Source: Marivirga sp. ANT-B6
GTDB taxonomy: Bacteria > Bacteroidota > Bacteroidia > Cytophagales > Cyclobacteriaceae
Reading direction: 5' to 3'
Assembly (NCBI GenBank): GCA_001683905.1
Contig: LXQK01000131.1
Location: forward strand, 5,560-61,486
Length of the DNA stretch: 55,927 nucleotides
This document shows, one piece after another, positions 48,094 through 55,927 of the stretch. Positions within the stretch are counted from its first letter, which is position 1. Each line of letters starts with the position of its first letter. The notes under the pieces are model-generated. The model searched no databases, had not been told where the DNA came from, and saw only the letters and a program-made list of their open reading frames with translations. A program made the translations under genes and the position numbers.

Positions 48094-48165
48094 TAGCCCC
48101 GACGAGAATCGAACTCATATCTAAAGTTTAGGAAACTTCTATTCTATCCATTGAACTACGGGGCC
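48094..48165 (-). tRNA. tRNA-Arg (anticodon CCU)
   Basis: Hand-folded cloverleaf of GGCCCCGTAGTTCAATGGATAGAATAGAAGTTTCCTAAACTTTAGATATGAGTTCGATTCTCGTCGGGGCTA. It has a 7-bp acceptor stem, a GTTC/GAAT D stem, a GAAGT/ACTTT anticodon stem with loop TTCCTAA, and a T arm with GTTCGATTC. CCA is not encoded. Confidence 0.85.
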
Positions 48166-48338
48166 AATTGAAGTAAAATTCAAAAGTGATGCAAAAATAT
48201 AAAAATTTGCGTTCTTCTCACATCTTTAAAGTAAGTATTTAGCTGCCAGGATTCGCCTTTCACAAAAAGTCTGATTTTTTAACCTTTTTGAGTTTTTGAT
48301 AAAAAGCTTCAGCCCGCCTAGCTTTCGCAAAAAAAAGC

Positions 48339-48604
48339 ATGACTGACGACGGCCTGATCCATAAATACAACGTCCCGGCACCGAGGTATGCAGTACCTTA
48401 TGCCATATAACAATACCCTCTGACACCTCCATTAATAGCCTGATCCATGCGCTTCAGGAGGCTGACAATAGTATAATGGCGTGTATGGCATATTATAATA
48501 AGTTTGATTATGATTCCTTTTTTCATCAGGAACAGGTACCTTACCAGCTGAAGGAACGTGAGAACATTGAGGCCATACGGCCAAAGTCACTTCTTCTTTT
48601 ATGA
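48339..48604 (+). pseudogene. Probable remnant of oxygen-independent coproporphyrinogen-III oxidase (HemN), N-terminal part only
   Basis: ATG 48339 opens MTDDGLIHKYNVPAPRY, which matches the HemN N-terminal KYNvPGPRYTSYPT signature, and then stops after 23 codons. Weak similarity continues in a shifted frame (DTSINSLIHALQEADNS). No radical-SAM CxxxCxxC motif follows. Confidence 0.45.
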
Positions 48605-48696
48605 AGGCTGAGGCTGTTTTAGCGTAGGCAACGGCTGCCGGACTTTTGCAGTAACTTCTTTTGAACCTCATTTTTTTGGTTCCTTACACAGAAGAA

Positions 48697-49686
48697 ATGA
48701 AAATTATTTTTTTTAGCGCAAAGTCTTACGATCGAGATTTTTTTAATGCGTCTAATGTGAAATTTGGGTTTACCGTCACATTTCTGGAGGTACATCTAAA
48801 CCCAGCCACCGCGGTACTAGCGCGTGGCCACGAAGTAGTATGCGTCTTTGTAAACGACGTGGTAAATTGGGAAGTTATTGAGGCTTTGAAGCACCAGGGC
48901 GTAAAATTAATTGCTTTACGATGTGCAGGCTACAATAATGTAGATCTGGATGCTGGTAAAAAATACGGCATACGCATTGTACGTGTACCCGCCTATTCTC
49001 CCTATTCGGTTGCAGAACATAGTCTGGCCCTTATGCTCACCTTGAACAGGAAAACACACAGAGCCTATAACCGGGTAAAAGAAGGTAATTTTGCCTTAAA
49101 TGGCTTGATGGGCTTTGACCTTCATGGTAAAATTGTAGGCCTGATAGGATTAGGCAAAATAGGATTAATCACAGCGCGGATCATGCAGGGTTTTGGCTGC
49201 CGCGTCCTTGGGTTCGACAAGGCTACATTCCCAGAGATAGAAGCTTCAGGAATCACCATGGCAACGCTCGATCAGCTTTTTCAGCAATCTGACATTATCT
49301 CTCTCCATTGCCCCCTTACGCCAGAAACTTATCACCTGATCGATGCGGACTCCATCGCAAAAATGAAGAAAGGTATGATGCTTATCAACACCAGCCGGGG
49401 AGGGCTCATTGACACCAGAGCCGTTATCGATGCTTTAAAGACCGAACAAATAGGATATCTGGGAATTGATGTATACGAAGAGGAGGCCGATCTTTTCTTT
49501 GAAGACCTTTCACATAAGGTAATACAAGATGATGTTTTTGCCCGGCTTTTGTCGTTTAACAACGTTCTAATCACTGGCCATCAGGCCTTCTTTACGAGTA
49601 ATGCGATGCAAAATATTGCGGAGATTACCTTACAAAATATCAACGCCTTTGACAGGAGGCAACCATTGGATAATGAGGTGTTGTAA
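48697..49686 (+). CDS. ldhA: D-isomer-specific 2-hydroxyacid dehydrogenase (D-lactate dehydrogenase-like)
   Basis: It opens MKIIFFSAKSYDRDFF and has the NAD motif GLIGLGKIGLITARI and INTSRGGLID. The ATG at 48697 is preferred over the TTG at 48661. Confidence 0.85.
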   Translation: MKIIFFSAKSYDRDFFNASNVKFGFTVTFLEVHLNPATAVLARGHEVVCVFVNDVVNWEVIEALKHQGVKLIALRCAGYNNVDLDAGKKYGIRIVRVPAYSPYSVAEHSLALMLTLNRKTHRAYNRVKEGNFALNGLMGFDLHGKIVGLIGLGKIGLITARIMQGFGCRVLGFDKATFPEIEASGITMATLDQLFQQSDIISLHCPLTPETYHLIDADSIAKMKKGMMLINTSRGGLIDTRAVIDALKTEQIGYLGIDVYEEEADLFFEDLSHKVIQDDVFARLLSFNNVLITGHQAFFTSNAMQNIAEITLQNINAFDRRQPLDNEVL

Positions 49687-49719
49687 CTGGTTATTGTGTT
49701 AATTAGAAGCTCGTACAGG

Positions 49720-50103
49720 CTACTGTTTTAGATGAGCTAATTTATGCTGAAACATAGCAGCGATACTTCCTGCTCGCTTTTTCGCCTCTTCCGCTTTTTC
49801 TCCTATAAAATTTTCATGGATGGTTTCATCAAACAAATGAAGCCACCGATCGAAATGTAGCTTTTCTATAGGTAATGGGATATGCTTAAGAAAAGGATTT
49901 CCTTGATAGGAAAAGTCTCCTAAGAGCATAGAACTCCAGAAATTATACATCGTCGGAAGATGTGATTCCCAATGTACCTTTGCGACATCATTGAATACCG
50001 GCGATAGAAGGGGGTCTCTATTCACTTTGGCATAAAAAGTATCCACTAGTAATTTTATGTCTTCCCGCGATTCTATATTTCTTAGACTTTTCATGCTTTT
50101 CAT
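49720..50103 (-). CDS. Group III truncated hemoglobin
   Basis: LVDTFYAKVNRDPLLSPVFN...HWESHLPTMYNFWSSMLLGDFSYQGNPFLKHIPLP...FDRWLHLFDETI aligns by eye with Ctb-type trHbP. Confidence 0.75.
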   Translation of the reverse strand: MKSMKSLRNIESREDIKLLVDTFYAKVNRDPLLSPVFNDVAKVHWESHLPTMYNFWSSMLLGDFSYQGNPFLKHIPLPIEKLHFDRWLHLFDETIHENFIGEKAEEAKKRAGSIAAMFQHKLAHLKQ

Positions 50104-50400
50104 ATTTTTAATTGCTCACCTACACCTGTAATTCCTCGTAATGGATTTAATTTATAACAAAAATAAGCCAATGTTCGTGTCTAACACATGATATAAAAAA
50201 GGAATACAAGTGAGCAATATCATATTTTCATTCATTAGTCCGAAAAAAAAAATGTAAATCTGGTAAAGATTATTTTCAAAGTTGTATATTCTTATACATT
50301 TTGATAAATTGCCTGAGCTACTAAATCTCATCAACGAACCGCGTAGCATTTTTTCACCGCGCCGATGGTTTATATACAGCCATGGTCTTTTCCAACGCCT

Positions 50401-51381
50401 ATGCTACAAGATCCATTTCAGAGAGTGCATGATTACCTCCGAATCTCCCTTACGGATAGTTGCAATTTCCGGTGCTCCTATTGTATGCCGGAAGAGAACA
50501 TCAGTTGCATGCCTAAAACGCAACTGATGCAGCCTGAAGAAATAGAAGCTATAGCCCACACCTTTATCACGCTGGGCGTAAAGAAAATACGGCTAACAGG
50601 AGGTGAACCGCTGGTACGGAAAGAGTTCAAGGATATTTTGCTCCGTCTGAACAAGTTCCCTGTGGCACTCACCCTTACCACCAATGGGCTATTTGCAGAT
50701 CAATACATCAGGGAATTTCATGAGGCTGGCGTTAATTCATTAAACGTAAGCATCGATACACTAAAACCCGATAAATTCAAGGCCATTACGCGGCGGGATA
50801 GTTTACAAAAAGTATGGCAGAATATCTTATTGCTGGTAGACGAAGGTTTCCATGTAAAGTTGAATATCGTAGCCATGAAAGGCGTAAATGACGACGAGGT
50901 CCTGGATTTTGTCGCCGTGACCAAAGACCTGCCTTTACATGTGCGGTTTATTGAATTTATGCCCTTCAGTGGCAATCAATGGGAGAAGGATAGGGTGGTT
51001 TCTGCCAAAACCATGCTGGATACCGTAGCAAAAAAATATTCATTTATCAAGCTGGACGATAAAAAACATGCTACTGCCAAAAAGTATCAGGTTCCCGGCT
51101 ATGCTGGCACCTTTGCCTTTATCACCACGATGAGCGAACCCTTTTGTGGCGATTGTAACAGGATGCGCCTGACAGCGGATGGCAAGATGAAAAACTGCCT
51201 TTTTTCAAAACAAGAAATAAGTATCCTGGACGCCTTACGTAAAGGCGATGACATTGTGCCGGTGATAAAAAAATGCCTGGGAATGAAACAGGCTGTAATG
51301 GGGGGGCAGTTTGACAAGACTTTTGAAACAGTAGATAGCGCAAAGCTTCAGAATCGCAGTATGATCCACATCGGTGGCTAA
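50401..51381 (+). CDS. moaA: GTP 3',8-cyclase (molybdenum cofactor biosynthesis protein A)
   Basis: Radical-SAM motif YLRISLTDSCNFRCSYCMP, a C-terminal CGDCNRMRLTADGKMKNCLF second-cluster motif and a terminal GG. The ATG at 50401 is preferred. Confidence 0.9.
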   Translation: MLQDPFQRVHDYLRISLTDSCNFRCSYCMPEENISCMPKTQLMQPEEIEAIAHTFITLGVKKIRLTGGEPLVRKEFKDILLRLNKFPVALTLTTNGLFADQYIREFHEAGVNSLNVSIDTLKPDKFKAITRRDSLQKVWQNILLLVDEGFHVKLNIVAMKGVNDDEVLDFVAVTKDLPLHVRFIEFMPFSGNQWEKDRVVSAKTMLDTVAKKYSFIKLDDKKHATAKKYQVPGYAGTFAFITTMSEPFCGDCNRMRLTADGKMKNCLFSKQEISILDALRKGDDIVPVIKKCLGMKQAVMGGQFDKTFETVDSAKLQNRSMIHIGG

Positions 51382-51438
51382 GCCAAAAGCTTACTTTTTT
51401 CTCACCGTAGAGTCAAATAAAACATAACGCTCGAATTT

Positions 51439-52617
51439 ATGATCTCTGTAGAAGAAGCCCGGATGTTGTTGATCCATAACCTACCTACCGCTCAAAGTAC
51501 CTTGGTGGCTTTAAGGGAGGCGAGTCAGCGCATTTTGGCAGAAGATATTTATGCACCTATGAACGTTCCGTCCTTCGACAATGCTGCTATGGATGGATAT
51601 GCTTTTGCTTTCGATAGCTACCAGAAGGGGCTCCTTTACCTTGGTGATCATGTCATACAGGCAGGAGAAACAAAGATACCCGTTTTGCAGTCGGGCGAAG
51701 TAGCCAGAATATTCACTGGAGCACCCATCCCCGAGGGAGCTGATACGGTGGTCATGCAAGAAAAAGTATCAGTTGCTGGCAAGGCAATTGCCATTTTGGA
51801 GGATGCTGTACAAGGTACGAACATAAGACGTGAAGCCTCTCAGACTGCGGTACATGAAAAAGTGATCGCTGCTGGGAATAAACTGAGCCCAGGAGTAATA
51901 GGATTATTAGCAAGTTTAGGGTTGCCGAAAGTGAAGGTGTATACAAAACCGAGGGTAGCCATTATTGTCACCGGAAATGAGTTAGTCGCGCCGGGAGACA
52001 TACTTCGTAGAGGACAGATTTATGAAAGTAATGCCAGCACTTTGGTGGCAGCGCTACATGATCTATACACCACACCTCACCTGATGGAGATTGTGGCGGA
52101 TGACCCTGCAAAAATTAAAGCCGTCATCGATTCCTTTCTTCCGCAATGCGACATGTTGATCATTACGGGCGGCATATCCGTAGGAGATTATGACTTTGTG
52201 CAAGATGCGCTGGCACAAGCAGGCGTTCAGAAGATATTTTACAAGGTAAAGCAGAAGCCAGGTAAGCCATTATATAGTGGCAAAAAAAATAGTACACTAG
52301 TGTTCGGACTTCCAGGTAACCCGGCAGCGGTGCTTACCTGCTTTTACCAATATGTAGCGCCGTGCATAAAAGGCATGCAAGGTGTTGGGGATTTTTTTGA
52401 GCATCACGTGCGACGAAGGCTCACCGCTGCAGTGCATAAAAAAGTAGGATTAACGCACTTTATGAAGGGCCGGATGGAAGGTGAGGCGGTTACTGTACTT
52501 TCTTCTCAGGAGTCATATAAGCTAGATGCTTTTGTGGCTACAAATTGCCTGGTCGAATTGGAAGAAGGGGGGCAATTTTACGATAAAGGGGCGATGGTAG
52601 CAGTATACCCTATTTAA
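51439..52617 (+). CDS. moeA: Molybdopterin molybdotransferase
   Basis: It shows VPSFDNAAMDGYAF, RIFTGAPIPEGADTVVMQE, ITGGISVGDYDFV and GLPGNPAA. Confidence 0.9.
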   Translation: MISVEEARMLLIHNLPTAQSTLVALREASQRILAEDIYAPMNVPSFDNAAMDGYAFAFDSYQKGLLYLGDHVIQAGETKIPVLQSGEVARIFTGAPIPEGADTVVMQEKVSVAGKAIAILEDAVQGTNIRREASQTAVHEKVIAAGNKLSPGVIGLLASLGLPKVKVYTKPRVAIIVTGNELVAPGDILRRGQIYESNASTLVAALHDLYTTPHLMEIVADDPAKIKAVIDSFLPQCDMLIITGGISVGDYDFVQDALAQAGVQKIFYKVKQKPGKPLYSGKKNSTLVFGLPGNPAAVLTCFYQYVAPCIKGMQGVGDFFEHHVRRRLTAAVHKKVGLTHFMKGRMEGEAVTVLSSQESYKLDAFVATNCLVELEEGGQFYDKGAMVAVYPI

Positions 52618-52628
52618 TCATTACAATC

Positions 52629-52964
52629 TTGGCGATAAAAGGCAATATCTGGCTGGAAGAAAAAAGCGGCTTAAAGCCGGGGAAAGGCAGGGCGGTGCTG
52701 CTGCAAGAAATCGATGAGACCGGATCTATTTCTGAGGCAGCAAGAATGATGGCGATGCCTTATAAGGTCGCACGGGCTAGGGTAAAAGCGATGAACAAAA
52801 CGTCGCTCCTGCCACTAGTAAGTAAAGGGAGTGGTGGAAAAATTGGCAGAAGCGCTCACCTCACTGCCCATGAAATAGAAAAGTTGCAGAAATTCAACGA
52901 TGTCTCCAAGGCCTTTCAATCCTCTACAACAGCCTACCCATTTCCAACATTAGACAACATGTGA
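52629..52964 (+). CDS. ModE N-terminal-like winged-helix protein (no Mop/TOBE domains)
   Basis: ETGSISEAARMMAMPYKVARARVKAMNK...SKGSGGKIGRSAHLT aligns with the ModE segment GSISQGAKDAGISYKSAWDAINEMN...GGKGGGGAVLT. It has a TTG start, is 111 aa long, and its stop overlaps the next ATG (TGATG). Confidence 0.65.
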   Translation: MAIKGNIWLEEKSGLKPGKGRAVLLQEIDETGSISEAARMMAMPYKVARARVKAMNKTSLLPLVSKGSGGKIGRSAHLTAHEIEKLQKFNDVSKAFQSSTTAYPFPTLDNM

Positions 52965-53698
52965 TGTCTGATCTGCCTGTTATATTCTATATCCTTTTAT
53001 TTATTGTAGCTTTTGCCTATGCTTCTGTTGGACACGGAGGCGCAAGCGGCTACCTTGCACTGATGGCAATCTTTCAGGTATCTCCTGTGATTATGAAGCC
53101 TTCGGCGCTGATCCTCAACATTTTTGTGTCATTAACCGCCTTTGCCCAATACTTCAGAAATGGCAATTTTAATTGGCGAATCTTCGGCATTCTAGCACTG
53201 GCTTCTACTCCAGCCGCCTTTGCCGGTGGTATGGTGAACCTCGACCCAACCCTCTACAAAAGAATCTTGGGTATCATCTTACTATTTGTGGTCATTAGGT
53301 TGGCAGGCTTTAAGTCCGGGGAATCACCACAACAAAAGGATATACACTTGTTTGGACTTTTGCTGATTGGGGGATGTATAGGCTTTGTTTCGGGCTTAAT
53401 AGGTATAGGCGGTGGTATCATACTTACTCCCCTGTTAATACTATTGGCATGGTGTAAGATGAAAGAAGCAGCAGGTATTAGCGCGCTTTTCATTGCTGTA
53501 AATTCATGCGCCGGCCTTGCAGGCGCTGCGAATACAGGCATTCAGCTCGGGCAAAATATCTATCCTTTTATTGCAGTTGCATTTGCAGGAGGTTTATTAG
53601 GTTCATATTTTGGGGCTAGTTACTTCAGCAGTGCCTTGCTAAGGCGAATTTTGGCAGTGGTTTTATTGATTGCCGCCTTAAAACTACTCTTTACATGA
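52964..53698 (+). CDS. TauE/SafE (DUF81) family anion permease
   Basis: About 8 TM segments, with the internal duplication motifs GHGGASGYLALM and GIGGGIILTPLL. Confidence 0.8.
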   Translation: MSDLPVIFYILLFIVAFAYASVGHGGASGYLALMAIFQVSPVIMKPSALILNIFVSLTAFAQYFRNGNFNWRIFGILALASTPAAFAGGMVNLDPTLYKRILGIILLFVVIRLAGFKSGESPQQKDIHLFGLLLIGGCIGFVSGLIGIGGGIILTPLLILLAWCKMKEAAGISALFIAVNSCAGLAGAANTGIQLGQNIYPFIAVAFAGGLLGSYFGASYFSSALLRRILAVVLLIAALKLLFT

Positions 53699-54184
53699 AC
53701 AAAACAACAGCGCCCAATATGGCTTATATATATACTGGGCGGAAGTGATACTGGGCAGAGGTAAGCGTACAATGGTCGGTAATTAAAAACTTTTTAAACT
53801 CACTAGTTTATATCCATTAACAGGACTTTACGCGTATATTCAACTGTTTTTCTACTACTTAGGTCACAGATTGTTTAATTAATTGGAGACAATACTAGCT
53901 CCGTAAAAGCCTACATGATAGCTTAATCAGCGTTTTTTTCGTAGAAAATTGCAATCAATATCAAAACAAATAACCTTAGACCAGCCTGCTGAGAAAGTTG
54001 TATCTACCCGGTTATAGATCCATATTCCATTATTAGCATGCCATGAAAATCAACATATTAGCTTGTGAAGCAATTATATAAAATCCTTGAGGATAATACC
54101 AAACCAAGGCTTTCATACCACAGGGTTTTCTATTTTCAATGCAGACATGCCGCATGGGTAAATTATCTGGTTCTTCCTCTGAAA

Positions 54185-54248
54185 AAAGCATTTGAAAAGC
54201 CAGGAAATTATTATTATGGCCATTCAAAAATGCTTATTCAAATGCTTT
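54185..54248 (-). terminator. Long-loop hairpin immediately after the lipoprotein gene stop
   Basis: AAAGCATTTGAA (54185-54196) pairs perfectly with TTCAAATGCTTT (54237-54248). A T-run follows in the minus-strand sense. Confidence 0.45.
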
Positions 54249-54252
54249 ACAA

Positions 54253-55866
54253 CTAATAAAGTTGATAAGTCGGCAAAAATGATCTCATATGCACAATCGG
54301 TGTTTGATCATAATTAGAATTGGGGTAAATGGTAACCGTGACCTTAACTACATATTTCGCAATAATCTTTTCTTTAATAAAGAGAGGTGATGGATGATTT
54401 CTACTAGCACGCATTGAAATTTTCTCTTCGACATTCTTGTAAATTTCATTTCTATCGTCTTTATATATTAAATCACCCGCTACATATACTCGACGAGATC
54501 CTGGGCTTGGATTAAATTGAAAATTTAAAGTATCGAAAAATTCGTTGTAGTAAACCAAATCATAATCGACTGTATAATGATCTATTTCAGATAAAATGTC
54601 ATCATTAAATACTAAGCTAAATGAATTTTTATCTAAAGTAACCCTCCGTGAATAAATGGCCATACCATTATTGTCTCCCCCATGCAGCATCTTTTCGGGA
54701 ACTCTTACTTTAGGGGCATTTGAGAGATTCCAAACGCCAAGCTTCTTATTATAAAAAGGTAAATCGATTACTGCGGGTGTTACTTGTGTCCCTGGAAAAT
54801 AAACAGCATTAATGGGTGATACATTATTACCGGTGATACCAGTTGAAGTGCTGCTCAGATCTATTTCCCCATTTGTGGTGAGATGAATATCTTGACTCGA
54901 TGGGTTGTTCTTCGAAAGCCAACTTCCAAAACCCAAATTAAGACCAGCTTGAAGAAATGTGTCTACACCTCCCGTCAAAACACTTGTTAATAAGGCGGAT
55001 CCTGACACTTTTATAGGCTTACTGTTATCATTTTTGTCTGTTGTTGATCCATTTTTTAACCACGATATGGCGTCTTTACCAGCTCCTTTAACCGAACTCT
55101 TAACAAATTTTCCAAATCCAGTGTCCCCTTTATTTTTACCAGTTTGTACTATTGTGCCTTCAGATTCCTCAAGATAAATACCATCTATTTGAATATCTGT
55201 TATACTTTGATCCCAAGTTGAAATTGCAAAACTTATTTGTTCATCACTTATATTTGGATCAAATACTAAATCCACATCAAAACCATTCCAATGACGAGTG
55301 ATAGCTTTTACTTGTGTATTAGTGCTTATACTAGAACATGAGAACTCATTATCTTCTCTTACGTTTATAGGTTTTGTAAAATATCCAACACCATTGAATA
55401 AGCCTGTATTTTTTGTAAGACTTATCTTCCAAAAATTCCAAAATCCTGAGGCGTTTGAGACTGGTAAATATAAATAATATAGCACTTTTAATTTACCTGA
55501 AAATTTATTGTAAAAAATAAGATAATCACGACCAGCAATCCCCTTATATCCTGTGTAATTATAGACAAATTCCCAACCATCTTGCCTTTTGTAGTCATTA
55601 TAGTAAAAGTCAGGCAAAACGCCCTGACCACTTCGAGACCATGGTAAAGTCGTACTATAAGAATTTGCATAAACACCAATCTCAGTCGTTAAATCCTCCC
55701 AGTCGAAGGATGGACTTTGTCGCATATTTGAGCCTTGCTTCTTAACAAGATCGTCAGTAAGTACAACAGGATCATCAATTTGCTTTTCAAGGTCTGAAAA
55801 GCTTTGGTCCTCCTGACATGAACTAAACACAATTAATATTAACGAAAAAGTTAACAATTTTTTCAT
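54253..55866 (-). CDS. Hypothetical lipoprotein (537 aa) in an AT-rich segment
   Basis: Lipobox LIVFSSCQ. The protein is rich in Asn, Tyr, Ser and Thr, and I recognised no domain. It is a long uninterrupted ORF with a terminator hairpin. Confidence 0.7.
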   Translation of the reverse strand: MKKLLTFSLILIVFSSCQEDQSFSDLEKQIDDPVVLTDDLVKKQGSNMRQSPSFDWEDLTTEIGVYANSYSTTLPWSRSGQGVLPDFYYNDYKRQDGWEFVYNYTGYKGIAGRDYLIFYNKFSGKLKVLYYLYLPVSNASGFWNFWKISLTKNTGLFNGVGYFTKPINVREDNEFSCSSISTNTQVKAITRHWNGFDVDLVFDPNISDEQISFAISTWDQSITDIQIDGIYLEESEGTIVQTGKNKGDTGFGKFVKSSVKGAGKDAISWLKNGSTTDKNDNSKPIKVSGSALLTSVLTGGVDTFLQAGLNLGFGSWLSKNNPSSQDIHLTTNGEIDLSSTSTGITGNNVSPINAVYFPGTQVTPAVIDLPFYNKKLGVWNLSNAPKVRVPEKMLHGGDNNGMAIYSRRVTLDKNSFSLVFNDDILSEIDHYTVDYDLVYYNEFFDTLNFQFNPSPGSRRVYVAGDLIYKDDRNEIYKNVEEKISMRASRNHPSPLFIKEKIIAKYVVKVTVTIYPNSNYDQTPIVHMRSFLPTYQLY

Positions 55867-55927
55867 TTTGGTAAATTTTCAGTTAATTATTAAGATAATT
55901 ATATTTTTCAAATATTACATGTTTTGA

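Noticed and set aside
48226-48671. Two minus-strand ORFs (68 and 79 aa) between tRNA-Arg and ldhA.
   Set aside because: They have no motifs, and they lie antisense to the HemN-like remnant, which explains the open frames better. Treated as non-coding.
50104-50400. Possible Moco riboswitch in the moaA leader.
   Set aside because: I could not find the conserved Moco-motif core elements as I remember them, and only a weak CGCG hairpin is present. An Infernal scan with the Moco RNA motif model would settle it.
54033-54256. Overlapping 63- and 64-aa ORFs on opposite strands in the AT-rich spacer.
   Set aside because: They mutually overlap and have no motifs. The plus-strand ORF runs through the terminator hairpin of the lipoprotein gene. 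They are most likely chance ORFs.
1-55927. CRISPR arrays, transposases, integrases, prophage genes, toxin-antitoxin pairs and known defence-system signatures (nuclease/ATPase/helicase combinations).
   Set aside because: None found. There are no spaced direct-repeat arrays, and every long ORF is either assigned to a metabolic, envelope or housekeeping family or is a signal-peptide protein. Absence is judged by eye only.

Overview
The window looks like a Bacteroidota chromosome segment, probably Sphingobacteriia- or Flavobacteriia-like. The evidence is a fused SecDF, TamB/TamA, many SpII-type lipoprotein signals, TAnnTTTG-like promoter boxes and no Shine-Dalgarno dependence. It is mostly ordinary metabolism and housekeeping arranged in functional blocks.

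(1) 1-9.9 kb is an AT-richer nitrate-assimilation cluster. It holds cobA, narK, an alginate-export-type porin, an orphan NarL-type response regulator and a 1176-aa NasA fused to a NirB-N-terminal flavoprotein/BFD module. A 478-aa nitrite/sulfite-reductase-fold protein follows; it lacks the four cluster cysteines and ends in a rubredoxin. Every promoter region of this cluster carries ATACGTAT/TACGTA boxes.

(2) 10-19.6 kb holds secreted or periplasmic proteins of unclear role: a PD40-amidohydrolase, an LVIVD lipoprotein plus a small beta-barrel, a CDGSH protein, GH130, a cyclase-family protein and an OsmC-like protein.

(3) 19.8-38.5 kb is housekeeping: tamB, tamA-like, FKBP, rdgB, udk, secDF, aspS, tadA and SOD.

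(4) 38.7-42.6 kb is an APS-type sulfate-assimilation operon (Rrf2, DUF2061, cysH, cysD, cysN).

(5) 42.8-46.7 kb is a DUF1080/PA14 plus cytochrome-c dehydrogenase-like pair.

(6) 47-48.6 kb is a gene-decay zone around tRNA-Arg(CCU). It contains an internally deleted, frameshifted copA-like ATPase next to an intact DUF326 Cys-rich protein, and a probable hemN N-terminal remnant.

(7) 48.7-53.7 kb holds ldhA, a group III truncated globin, moaA, moeA, a ModE-N-like protein and a TauE permease.

(8) 53.7-55.9 kb is an AT-rich end with an orphan 537-aa lipoprotein.

I found no CRISPR array, transposase, integrase or recognisable defence system. The most novel-looking items are the NasA/NirB-derived pair with the Cys-less siroheme-domain homolog plus rubredoxin, and its TACGTA operator array. 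All functional calls come from motif recognition by eye; no database search was run.
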